Source of the DNA: Planctomycetota bacterium
GTDB lineage: Bacteria; Planctomycetota; UBA1135; UBA2386
Direction: 5' to 3'
DNA length: 64,000 nt
NCBI GenBank assembly: GCA_965228735.1
Contig: OZ245838.1
Coordinates: 7,040,001-7,104,000, forward strand
A program made the translations under genes and the position numbers. The notes beneath the pieces are model-generated. The model searched no databases. It saw only the letters and a list, made by a program, of their open reading frames with translations, and was not told where the DNA came from. Positions 17,990 to 29,064 of the stretch are shown here, one piece after another (positions within the stretch are counted from its first letter, which is position 1; each line of letters begins with the position of its first letter).

Positions 17990-19444
17990 TCAGCGCGGTG
18001 AGCCCGGAGGCGTCGTGGACGCAGTGCCGGTGTAGAGCGCCAATCGCAGCAGGTAGTCCTCGTAGAAGTCGGTCGAACCCGCGACGTAGCCCTCGACCGA
18101 GATCCGGCCGACGCCTTTGACCTGATGGGCGAAGCCGTCGTGCCATAGATCGGGCACGAGCGCGCGGCGCGGCTCGGTGTCGCGTTGCATGCGCCAGTGA
18201 GCCGCGGCGAGAGCGAAGGCCTGATCGCGCACCCAGCGCGGTTTGTGGCCCGCATCGATGAGCGCGAGGAAGTCGGCGCGGCGGGGTTCGTCCGTGATGA
18301 AACGGGCGAAGAACGTCCGCATCGCGTCCTTGGTGCGCGGGCCGAACTTGCCGTCGACGCGCAGCTCGGGTGCGACGAGGTCGTGTAGCAGCAGCTGCAG
18401 CGCGGCCGTCCGCGACGCGCCGCGGCCCGCATGGAAGTCGGCGAACACGAACGCCAGCCGCGGGTCGTGGGTGATGCGCGGGGGGATGCGATCGGGTGGA
18501 CGGTGGCCGTGCTCGGCTTCCCAGAGGCGTGCGACGATCGCGATACCGAGGTCACTGCCGGGCTCGGCCGCGAGGTAGCGTTCGCGTTCGGTGGCGCTCA
18601 GGGCGGAGGCGGCGACGCTCGAGACCTCGCGGGAGCGAGCGCCGAGAACGCCGTCGAGCGCGAGCGGGCGCCGGGTCACGTCGCTGAGCAGCTTCTGCCA
18701 GAGCGCGATCCGGTCCGCGCGTCGTGGCAGGGTGCCGAGCCAGTCGCGGGCGAGCGTGCGATCCGGTGTCGCCACCAGGCCGGGCGCGCCGCGCGAATGC
18801 ACGAACCCGGTGAGTCGGCGGTCGGGGAAATGGTCGCGGACGATCGGGTCGAGCACGGCCACGCAGGCTGCGACGCCGAGTTCGATGTCGGCCGCGAGCG
18901 TTTCGAGTTCGTTGACCGCGAGGTCGCGTCCGAGCGTGCGCTCGAACACGTCCTGCAGCCGCCAGCGCTGCACCTGCATCGGGCCGATCGTGTGGACCGG
19001 GTCGGGGACGCCGAGCTCGTGCACGAGTTGCGGGACCAGGCGCTCGAAGAGCCACTCGAGATCCGTCGCGAGGAAGTGCGATTCGCGGCGCACCTGCGCG
19101 GTGACGAGCGCGATGTAGCCGAGGTCCTCGGTCGGCGTGGCGCGCACGATGGCTTCGGCCCAGCGCTGCGCGTTCTGCACGTTGTCCTCGGCGAGCAGGC
19201 GCATGAGGGCGCTTACGAGCCGCTGTTGATCGGGGCGCAGCGCGGTGCGCTCCGGGCGGGCGGGCGGGGTGGTCGCCCGGTTCTGGTAGCCGAGGTAGAG
19301 CGTGCTGCCGAAATGGAACGTGCCGTAGAGCGCGAGCGCCGCGACGCCCACGCGCCACGTGAGCCGTGAGAGCCGCGACCAGCGCCGGGTGCGCGACTCT
19401 CCGACGCCTGCGCCCGACTCGCCCGCTCGGTGTCCGCCCGCCAT
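17990..19444 (-). CDS. DUF1615 (YaiW)-like lysozyme-fold protein with peptidoglycan-binding-like segments
   Basis: RRESHF, TIGPMQV, FADFHAGRGASRTAALQ, LALDGVLG and LRVDGKFGPRT; N-terminal TM; start uncertain. Confidence 0.6.
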   Translation of the reverse strand: MAGGHRAGESGAGVGESRTRRWSRLSRLTWRVGVAALALYGTFHFGSTLYLGYQNRATTPPARPERTALRPDQQRLVSALMRLLAEDNVQNAQRWAEAIVRATPTEDLGYIALVTAQVRRESHFLATDLEWLFERLVPQLVHELGVPDPVHTIGPMQVQRWRLQDVFERTLGRDLAVNELETLAADIELGVAACVAVLDPIVRDHFPDRRLTGFVHSRGAPGLVATPDRTLARDWLGTLPRRADRIALWQKLLSDVTRRPLALDGVLGARSREVSSVAASALSATERERYLAAEPGSDLGIAIVARLWEAEHGHRPPDRIPPRITHDPRLAFVFADFHAGRGASRTAALQLLLHDLVAPELRVDGKFGPRTKDAMRTFFARFITDEPRRADFLALIDAGHKPRWVRDQAFALAAAHWRMQRDTEPRRALVPDLWHDGFAHQVKGVGRISVEGYVAGSTDFYEDYLLRLALYTGTASTTPPGSPR

Positions 19445-19556
19445 GACCGGGCATGACGGTAGCACGGTCGGCATATTCGGGAACGGCAAACGTGCCGCGG
19501 ACGCCGATCCCGCCGGCCAGTTCACCGCGCGTTCTGCCTATACTCCCCGGCCTGCC

Positions 19557-20615
19557 ATGGAACTCATCCTCGTCGTCGCGCTCGCGACGCTGGCCGCATC
19601 GTTCGTCTGTTCGCTGTTCGAGGCCGCGCTCTACGCGGTGACGCCGGCGCAGATCGAACTCGCCAAGCAACGCGGGACGAAGGGCGCCAGACGGCTCGAG
19701 AAGCTGCGCAGCGACGTCGAAGAGCCGATCGCGGCGATCCTGACGATCAACACGATCGCGCACACGATCGGCGCCGCCTGGTGCGGCGCGATGGTCGCGC
19801 GCGAGTACGGCGACGGCGCGGTCGCGGTCTTCGCGACGGTGTTCACCGTGGCCGTGCTCGTGCTCACCGAGATCATCCCGAAGAGCCTCGGTGTGCGGCT
19901 CGCCGCGAGCTTCGGTCCGAGTCTCGCGTGGCCGCTGCAGCTGCTGACCTGGTTCGCGTGGCCGATCGCGCGCCCGACGCGCGCCGCGATGCGCTGGCTC
20001 ACGGGCGGCAAGGGGCCGGTCGGGCCGAGCGAGGACGAGGTGGTCGTGTTCTCGCAGCTGGCGCGCCGTCACGGTCAGGTCCGCCGCGAGGAGCACGAGT
20101 GGGTGCGGAATGCCCTGACGCTCGACCAGGTGCGCGTGCGCGAGATCATGACACCGCGCCGGGTCGTCGAGATGCTGCCGGAGTCGATGCCGCTGCAGGA
20201 CGCGATCGCGCGCACGGATCGCTGGGTCCACAGTCGGGTGCCGCTGCACGCGGCCGACGACACGGATCAGGTGATCGGCGTGGTCTACCGCCGCGAGGTG
20301 TTCGACGCCGCGGTCAGCGGCCGCGAGATCGCGACCCTCGCGGAGCTCAAGAAGCCGCTCGAGAACGTGCCGGAGACGATGGCCGCGCACGAGCTGCTGC
20401 GGCTGTTCCTGCGGCGCCGGCGTCACCTCGTCGGGGTCGTCGACGAGTACGGCGCGTTCGAGGGCATCGTGACCCTCGAGGACGTGCTCGAGGCGATGCT
20501 CGGCGAGGAGATCGTCGACGAGCACGACGAGATCGTCGATTTGCAGGAGCACGCGCGGCAGTCGAACCCGCATGCCGGGCTCGAGGGTGAGTCGGGCAGC
20601 AATCCCCAGTCCTGA
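19557..20615 (+). CDS. CNNM/hemolysin (DUF21 plus CBS) family protein
   Basis: SFVCSLFEAAL, TEIIPKSLG, HSRVP, VVDEYG..EGIVTLEDVLE..LGEEIVDEHD. Confidence 0.92.
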   Translation: MELILVVALATLAASFVCSLFEAALYAVTPAQIELAKQRGTKGARRLEKLRSDVEEPIAAILTINTIAHTIGAAWCGAMVAREYGDGAVAVFATVFTVAVLVLTEIIPKSLGVRLAASFGPSLAWPLQLLTWFAWPIARPTRAAMRWLTGGKGPVGPSEDEVVVFSQLARRHGQVRREEHEWVRNALTLDQVRVREIMTPRRVVEMLPESMPLQDAIARTDRWVHSRVPLHAADDTDQVIGVVYRREVFDAAVSGREIATLAELKKPLENVPETMAAHELLRLFLRRRRHLVGVVDEYGAFEGIVTLEDVLEAMLGEEIVDEHDEIVDLQEHARQSNPHAGLEGESGSNPQS

Positions 20616-20658
20616 ATCCACTGCCCCGTAGCCCGGCGGACGGGTTACGATCGACGGC

Positions 20659-21588
20659 ATGAAGCGAAGTCTGCTCGTCGCGCTGGTCCTGTCGGTCGCC
20701 GGGTTCTCGGCGGACGCTGTCGCACAGGCGCGGTCGCGCGCGGATGCCGCGCTGCTCCTCAGGGCGTTCGCGGCGGCCGGCGGCAAAGTGCAGAAGGTCG
20801 TCGACGCGATCGACATCCACGTCGAGAAGACGTGGGACGCTCCGTGGATCGCGACGTCCGAGAACTTCGAGGTCCGCACTCTCGCGGGCTATGGCTATGG
20901 CCGCGACCTCGCGCTCGGGCTCGAAGCCCGCCTCGTCGACTTCAACAAGACGCTCGGAATCGATTACGTGCCGCGGAGCCGGCACAAGGTGCTGCTGTTT
21001 CCCGACGCGACGGCGTACAACAACTACGCCAACGCCAACAACGCCGACGAGCGATCGTCGATGTACGGGAGCTTCTACTCGCCGCAGCCCGAACAGGCGG
21101 TCGCGGCGCTGTTCCACCCGAATCCGCAGTGGACGCGCATGCAGGTCACGCACAGTTCGGTGAACCAATGGCTCGCCAGCGCCTATCCGCGCACGACGAT
21201 TCCGGACTGGATCGACGAGGGGCTCGCCGCCTACATCACGTTGTTCTGGGACTACTACTATCACCTGGACCAATTCGAGGCGCTGCGGCGAGAGGGGCGG
21301 CTGCTGCCGCTCCGGCAGCTCCTGTCGGAAACGACGGCCAACTACGGCGATGCGACCGGCGCCCACCTGCGCTTCATGCAGCTCAGCATGCTGTTCTGCT
21401 ACCTGATCCGGTACTGCGAAACGACGCGTACGCAGGAGGACGGCAGCGCGGCGCCGTTCCGCGACTACCTGCAGAAGGTGCTGGCCGGCGAATCGACCGA
21501 GGGCACGGTGGTGCGCGAGCTGCTCACCGATACCGAGAAGGCCGCGGCGTTCGAGCGCGAGTTCCTCGGCTACGAGTTCCCGCGGTAG
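20659..21588 (+). CDS. Secreted DUF1570/peptidase MA-like protein with a degenerate zinc motif
   Basis: Signal peptide; PDWIDEGLA and LLPLRQLL motifs; HSSVNQ where HExxHQ is expected. Confidence 0.65.
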   Translation: MKRSLLVALVLSVAGFSADAVAQARSRADAALLLRAFAAAGGKVQKVVDAIDIHVEKTWDAPWIATSENFEVRTLAGYGYGRDLALGLEARLVDFNKTLGIDYVPRSRHKVLLFPDATAYNNYANANNADERSSMYGSFYSPQPEQAVAALFHPNPQWTRMQVTHSSVNQWLASAYPRTTIPDWIDEGLAAYITLFWDYYYHLDQFEALRREGRLLPLRQLLSETTANYGDATGAHLRFMQLSMLFCYLIRYCETTRTQEDGSAAPFRDYLQKVLAGESTEGTVVRELLTDTEKAAAFEREFLGYEFPR

Positions 21589-21594
21589 CTGCTG

Positions 21595-23967
<2,373 letters not shown>

Positions 23968-24161
23968 CGGTGGGTTGGCAGGATCAAACGAGAGCGGGTG
24001 CGTCCAGTCCAGGCCCGCGGCGCGAAAGACCCGCCCTCGGGACCTGCGAGTTCTCGGCACCAATACTCCGGGAACGGACGTCCGGTGGCGGAGAAGTCGT
24101 TCGGGAACATTTCTGGTGAAGCCGAACCCGCAGCGCCGGCGGGTCGCACGTAGGCCGCCGC

Positions 24162-25622
24162 ATGCGCCGTTTGCATCTGCACCTGCACCGCGTCACCGCC
24201 GCCGTTCTCCTCGTAGCCGCAGCAACCGCCGAAATCGTCGCCCAGGACGGGAATTCGATCGCGTCCGAGGGGTTGAATCACGAACCGCAGGTCGCCGATC
24301 TGCGGGTGGCGGGAGAGGGGCGCGACCGCGTGACGTTCACCGTCCGATGGCCGAACGCGTTCTGCACGGCGCGGAACCACGATGCCGCGTGGATCGTGTT
24401 GCGGGGGCCGGACGCGCGGGCGCCGACGGTGCGGGTCGCGACGCACGGCCACCGGGCGGAGGGTGACCGGCCGGGTCGGGTGATCGCCTCCGCCGATGGC
24501 CGCGGCGTGTTCGTGGAGCCGACGGTCGCGTTCGAAGGGTCGGCGGACGTCGAATGGCGCGTGACCGTCGCGCTCGCCGAGGCGGCGCCGGAGCCGGTGA
24601 CCGCGTGGGCGGTCGGGATGGTGTTCGTGCCCGCGGGGCCGTTCGAGGCCGGGGACGACGATCCGATCGCGCTGCAGTTCGGTGCGCTGCACACGGTCGG
24701 TGACGACGGCCAGTCCGTCGGCCCGGTTCGGATCGAGAGCGAGGCGGAGCTCGCGGTCGGCGAGGGTGCTGGCGAACTGCGCTACCGCCGGGGTCAGTAT
24801 CGCGGTGATGGTGCCGGGCCCGTGCCGGCTGCGTGGCCGAAAGGAACGCGCGCGTTCTACGTCATGCGGCGCGAACTGTCGCAGGGGCTCTACGCGCGCT
24901 TCCTGTCGGCGCTGCCCGGGGACTGGCAGGCCGCGCGCGGTCCGATCGAGCTGCAGGGGAAGGAGACCGCGACGTGCTCGATCATCCGGACCGAGGCTGG
25001 TTGGCGGGCGGATGCGCCGACCCGGCCGTGCAACTTCGTCTCGTGGGACGACACCGCCGCGCTCATGGACTGGCTCGCGTTGCGGCCGATGACGGAGCTC
25101 GAGTTCGAGAAGGCGGCGCACGGTCCGCGACGGCCCGTGCCGCTCGACTATCCGTGGGGCACCGCCGCGCTCGCGGATCTCGACCGCAGGGTGACGCCGA
25201 CGCGTGACCTCGAGAACGCAACGCCCGCGGCCGAGCGTGACCTCACCGAGGCGACGCGCGCGCCGTTCGGCGCGTCGTTCTACCGGGTCATGGATCTCGC
25301 CGGCAGCCTGTGGGAGCGCGTCGTCACGCTCGGGCATCCGAAGGGGCGCGCGTTCGTCGGCTCGCACGGTGATGGGCGGCTCGGTGAGCTCGGTACCGCG
25401 ACCAACGCGGATTGGCCGCGGCAGGAGCAGGGCGGCGACGCGGCGTTCGGGATCGGCTACCGCGGCGGCGCGGAGTACTTCGTGCCGGTCAAGGCAGGGG
25501 ATCCGACCAACCCCGCGAGCCCGGTCGCGCTGCGGACCTACGGCGCGTGGGAGGGCGGTCAGCGGTACAAGACGTACAGTGCGCGCGGCTGCCGCACGGC
25601 GGACGGCAATCGGCCGCGCTGA
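24162..25622 (+). CDS. Formylglycine-generating enzyme (SUMF1) domain protein, secreted
   Basis: MVFVPAGPFEAG, LRPMTELEFEKAA.G, YPWG, MDLAGSLWE. Confidence 0.8.
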   Translation: MRRLHLHLHRVTAAVLLVAAATAEIVAQDGNSIASEGLNHEPQVADLRVAGEGRDRVTFTVRWPNAFCTARNHDAAWIVLRGPDARAPTVRVATHGHRAEGDRPGRVIASADGRGVFVEPTVAFEGSADVEWRVTVALAEAAPEPVTAWAVGMVFVPAGPFEAGDDDPIALQFGALHTVGDDGQSVGPVRIESEAELAVGEGAGELRYRRGQYRGDGAGPVPAAWPKGTRAFYVMRRELSQGLYARFLSALPGDWQAARGPIELQGKETATCSIIRTEAGWRADAPTRPCNFVSWDDTAALMDWLALRPMTELEFEKAAHGPRRPVPLDYPWGTAALADLDRRVTPTRDLENATPAAERDLTEATRAPFGASFYRVMDLAGSLWERVVTLGHPKGRAFVGSHGDGRLGELGTATNADWPRQEQGGDAAFGIGYRGGAEYFVPVKAGDPTNPASPVALRTYGAWEGGQRYKTYSARGCRTADGNRPR

Positions 25623-25718
25623 CGGCGTGGTGTGCCGGCGGAGGCGGTTCGCGCCGGCAGATCGAACCGGGTACCGTACGTCGGTGAAGCTCCGGGCAAG
25701 ACCCGCTAAGTTGCGCGG

Positions 25719-26390
25719 ATGATCGCACGCGAGTTGGTCGGCACCGCGCAGGTGCAGGATGGTGGCGAACTTCGCTGCTACCGCCACGACCGCGACTACT
25801 TCGTCTTCGCCGGCAACACCGAGCTCATGAGCACGCGCGTGTTCGGTTCCGAGGAAGTGCTCGCGGAGCTCGCGATCGAACGGCGTGGGAAGGCGAACGC
25901 GAAGCGCGTGCTCGTCGGCGGTCTCGGCATGGGCTACTCGCTGGCGCGCACGCTGGCGTTGGTCGGGCCGGACACCAAGGTCGACGTCGCCGAGCTCGTG
26001 CCCGAGATGGTGCAGTGGCACCGCGACTGGTTCGCGGAGTTCAACGGCCATCCGCTGGACGATCCGCGCACCGAGCTCGTCGTCGCGGACGTGATCGACG
26101 TCGTCAAGGACCGGGTCAGCACCTACGACGTGATCCTGCTCGACGTCGACAATGGCCCCGAAGCGTTGCTGCGGCCGGGCAACCAGAGCCTCTACAGCCA
26201 GCGCGGCCTGCCGCGCGTGCGCGCCGCGCTGAAGAGCGGCGGCGTGCTCGCGATCTGGTCCTCGGCCGAGCACCCACGCTTCGAACGCCGCCTCCAACGC
26301 ACCGGCTTCGACGTCACCCGCAAGTTCGTGCGAGCCCGCCGCGACAAGGGCCCCCGCCGCGTCATCTGGATCGCCGAACGCCTCGCCTGA
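25719..26390 (+). CDS. Spermidine synthase-like SAM-dependent transferase
   Basis: VLVGGLGMGY, DVILLDVDNGP, GGVLAIWS. Confidence 0.88.
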   Translation: MIARELVGTAQVQDGGELRCYRHDRDYFVFAGNTELMSTRVFGSEEVLAELAIERRGKANAKRVLVGGLGMGYSLARTLALVGPDTKVDVAELVPEMVQWHRDWFAEFNGHPLDDPRTELVVADVIDVVKDRVSTYDVILLDVDNGPEALLRPGNQSLYSQRGLPRVRAALKSGGVLAIWSSAEHPRFERRLQRTGFDVTRKFVRARRDKGPRRVIWIAERLA

Positions 26391-28275
26391 AGGGGTTGGT
26401 GTCTGTGCCAGGTACGGTACGCAACCCCCGGACGACGGGGTTGGCGTCGAACGCGGCTTCGTCCGCCAGCTCTGCGACGCGGCACGTGTCGCGCGGGCGG
26501 CTCGCGAGCGCGAGGTAGGCGGCGCGGCGAGTCCACGGGTTGGCGTGGGTCGTGTGCTGTGCGATGCGAATAGTGAGGTCGTTCGGCCAGTTCGGCAGTC
26601 GGCGGGCCGCGAGCAGCAGGCTGCGCAGTTCGCCGCCGCGTTCGGGGAAGACCCTCGCCAGCTGGTTGCGCAGTTCTTTGCCGCTCGCCGGCGAACGGGC
26701 CACCGCAGTGAGCATCGCGGCGTGCAGCTCGCGGAGACGGTGCTGCATCGCGTCCTTCTCGTTGCCTTCGGGCACCGGCAGATCCAACTCGATCGCGACT
26801 TCCCAGGCGATGCCGACGCGACCTCGGCGCTCGCCGATCGTCGTGCGGACCCATTCGGTCAGCGCTTCGGTCCCGGGCGTCCCCAGGCTGGCCGCGCAGA
26901 GCGCGGCCGCGTGCGCGGTGGCGTGATCGGCGCCGCGCCACAGCCGTTCCAACGTGGCGATCGCACGCGCCCGAGCGCGCGCCGGCGGTCGTGGCGCAGA
27001 GCGCAGAACCATCCCGAGGTAGCCGCGGCGATCGGTGTCTTTCGCCTGCCGCGGAGCAGCGGCGACGGCACCGGTCAGGTCGCACCCCGCGGGGTTGCCG
27101 AGGGCGCGCCACATGCGCAGGAGATCCAGCGCGCCGTAGTTCTCGAGCCGGAGATCGTCGATCGCGAACGGTTGATTCCGGTCGGCGGCGAGGCGTTCGA
27201 GCCGATGCCGCGCCGCGACTGCGGTCGCGGCCTCGTACTCCGACGCGGCGAGGTTCGCGCGATACCAGTCGAACCTGCCTTCCGGCAACTGCGGCAGAAC
27301 GGCCACGAGCGTGGCGATCACGCCGCGCCGCCAGTCGTTGAGGCCCTCCGGCGCGGGCGGCGGCCACTTCTCCAGGCCGCGCGAGTACCAGCCGAACATC
27401 CGCGTGGCGACTTCGGCGTTCGTGCGCGGTGCGCCCAGCAGGTGGCAGGTCAACTTGAAGTTGCCGGGCAGCGGGCTGCGCGTGATGGCGAGCATCCGCT
27501 CCGGGTCGCCGAAGACCGACGCCAGCGCGAGTGTCCGGGACGCGGCGTCGTGCGGACTGCGGATCGGCAGGACGCTCGTCCGCGTCGGCGCGGTCACCGA
27601 CCCGGCCTGCCAGTTGCCGAGTTTCACCGCGCGGTTGCCCGGCGCGCCGAGCGCGTCGGCCATCGCTTCGATGCGTGGTGCGAGACCGCCCGCATCCGGG
27701 TGCGCATCGAGCAGCCACACGAGCCGCTCGAACGCCGGCTGCGCGACGGCCTCCTCGCGGTCGAGCAGGGCGAACAACAGGTTCGCGAGCCGGTCTGGGT
27801 CGGCGGTCAACCCGGCGCGCTCGCCGATGCTCGCGATCGCGAACGTGGCGAGCACGGGATCTGGCGTGGTCGCCGCGAGTCCGAGCAACGCTTCGCCGCC
27901 GGTCGGGTCCCGCCGCGACGCGGAGCGGAACGACTGCTGCGGGCCAGCCCCGGCAGCCGCGCCGGTCCGGCCGCCGCCGTAGCTCTGCAACCCGCGTTCG
28001 ACCGCCCGCATCGCGGCGAGCTCGTCCGCGCGCCAATCCGCGCGGCGGACGCGAGTCTTCGGCGGCAGCCCGAGCGTGCGGCGCCGGTCCGCGAGCTCCC
28101 GTAGCCGCGCGGCGGCCCCATCCGCGAGCCGAACGTGGACGACCTCGGCCGTGGGCTCCTGCGGCCGGGGTGCCGCCAGCGGGGTCGAGGCGAGGAGCGA
28201 GAGCGCGGCGGATCCGAGCATGCTGAGTCCTGCGAGTCGGGTCGACGTCGCCTGACTTGGCGACGCAAAGTTCAC
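26362..28275 (-). CDS. Hypothetical secreted alpha-helical (HEAT-like) protein
   Basis: Long ORF with a signal-peptide-like N-terminus, downstream of and co-oriented with the ECF sigma. Confidence 0.55.
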   Translation of the reverse strand: MNFASPSQATSTRLAGLSMLGSAALSLLASTPLAAPRPQEPTAEVVHVRLADGAAARLRELADRRRTLGLPPKTRVRRADWRADELAAMRAVERGLQSYGGGRTGAAAGAGPQQSFRSASRRDPTGGEALLGLAATTPDPVLATFAIASIGERAGLTADPDRLANLLFALLDREEAVAQPAFERLVWLLDAHPDAGGLAPRIEAMADALGAPGNRAVKLGNWQAGSVTAPTRTSVLPIRSPHDAASRTLALASVFGDPERMLAITRSPLPGNFKLTCHLLGAPRTNAEVATRMFGWYSRGLEKWPPPAPEGLNDWRRGVIATLVAVLPQLPEGRFDWYRANLAASEYEAATAVAARHRLERLAADRNQPFAIDDLRLENYGALDLLRMWRALGNPAGCDLTGAVAAAPRQAKDTDRRGYLGMVLRSAPRPPARARARAIATLERLWRGADHATAHAAALCAASLGTPGTEALTEWVRTTIGERRGRVGIAWEVAIELDLPVPEGNEKDAMQHRLRELHAAMLTAVARSPASGKELRNQLARVFPERGGELRSLLLAARRLPNWPNDLTIRIAQHTTHANPWTRRAAYLALASRPRDTCRVAELADEAAFDANPVVRGLRTVPGTDTNPFRRGVRRSR

Positions 28276-28341
28276 GGCAGAGTAGAGCGATCTGCTGGCG
28301 CGGGCAACCGGCCGCCGCGAACGGCCCGGGGGGCCAGCCCT

Positions 28342-28378
28342 GTTGGACCGGCCAGCGTTGGACCGGCGTTGGACCGGC
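28342..28378. repeat. Three direct copies of GTTGGACCGGC
   Basis: Copies at 28342, 28357 and 28368, immediately downstream of the ECF stop. Confidence 0.7.
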
Positions 28379-29064
28379 TAGGCCAGGCGATCCAGGTCGG
28401 ACGTGACGTCGCCGCGCCGCAGCGCGTGGACCTGCTCCGCGAGCCGCTTCAACGCCCGGCTGTGCCGCATCCGCGCCGCGTTCTCGCTGATCCCGAGCAG
28501 CTCGCCCAGCTCCTTGAACGGCACCTTGTCCCACAGCCGCATGTGGATCACGCGCTGGTCCTCCTCGTCGAGCAGGTCGATCGCGAGGCGGACCCATTCA
28601 CGGCGTTCTTCACGGTCCATCACCTGGCTCGGCCGCGTCACGTCGCGGTCGGGCGGGTCGAGGTGCAGGATGCTGTCCGAACCGATCGGTCGTTCGAGGT
28701 CGGCGTCGCGGCGCTGTCGCCGCAGCCAGCGCTGACCGTCGACGATGTCGCTCGCGATGATGCGCGCGACCAGGGCGCGGAAGTGTTCGCGGTCGGCGAT
28801 CTCGAACCGCGGTCCGAGCTCCATCACCTGGACCATCGCGTCCTGCACGAGGTCGACGGACTCGACCTTGTCGCGCAAACGGCCGGCGAGCTTCTTGCGC
28901 ACGTAGGCGTGGATCCACGGCAGGTTGTCGCGGATGAGCTCGTCGAGCGCCGAACGGTCGCCACCGTGCCAGCGACGCAGCAGTTGCAGGGTATCGGCGG
29001 AGCCGGAGCTCATGGCGGCATTGGAGGCCGCGCGGGGTGCGGCGTCAAACACCGCCGCCGTCAT
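28378..29064 (-). CDS. ECF RNA polymerase sigma factor (Planctomycete kinase-associated type)
   Basis: GDRSALDEL, ESVDLVQD, TRPSQ, LGISENAARMRHSRALKRL; ATGA overlap with the kinase stop. Confidence 0.9.
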   Translation of the reverse strand: MTAAVFDAAPRAASNAAMSSGSADTLQLLRRWHGGDRSALDELIRDNLPWIHAYVRKKLAGRLRDKVESVDLVQDAMVQVMELGPRFEIADREHFRALVARIIASDIVDGQRWLRRQRRDADLERPIGSDSILHLDPPDRDVTRPSQVMDREERREWVRLAIDLLDEEDQRVIHMRLWDKVPFKELGELLGISENAARMRHSRALKRLAEQVHALRRGDVTSDLDRLA

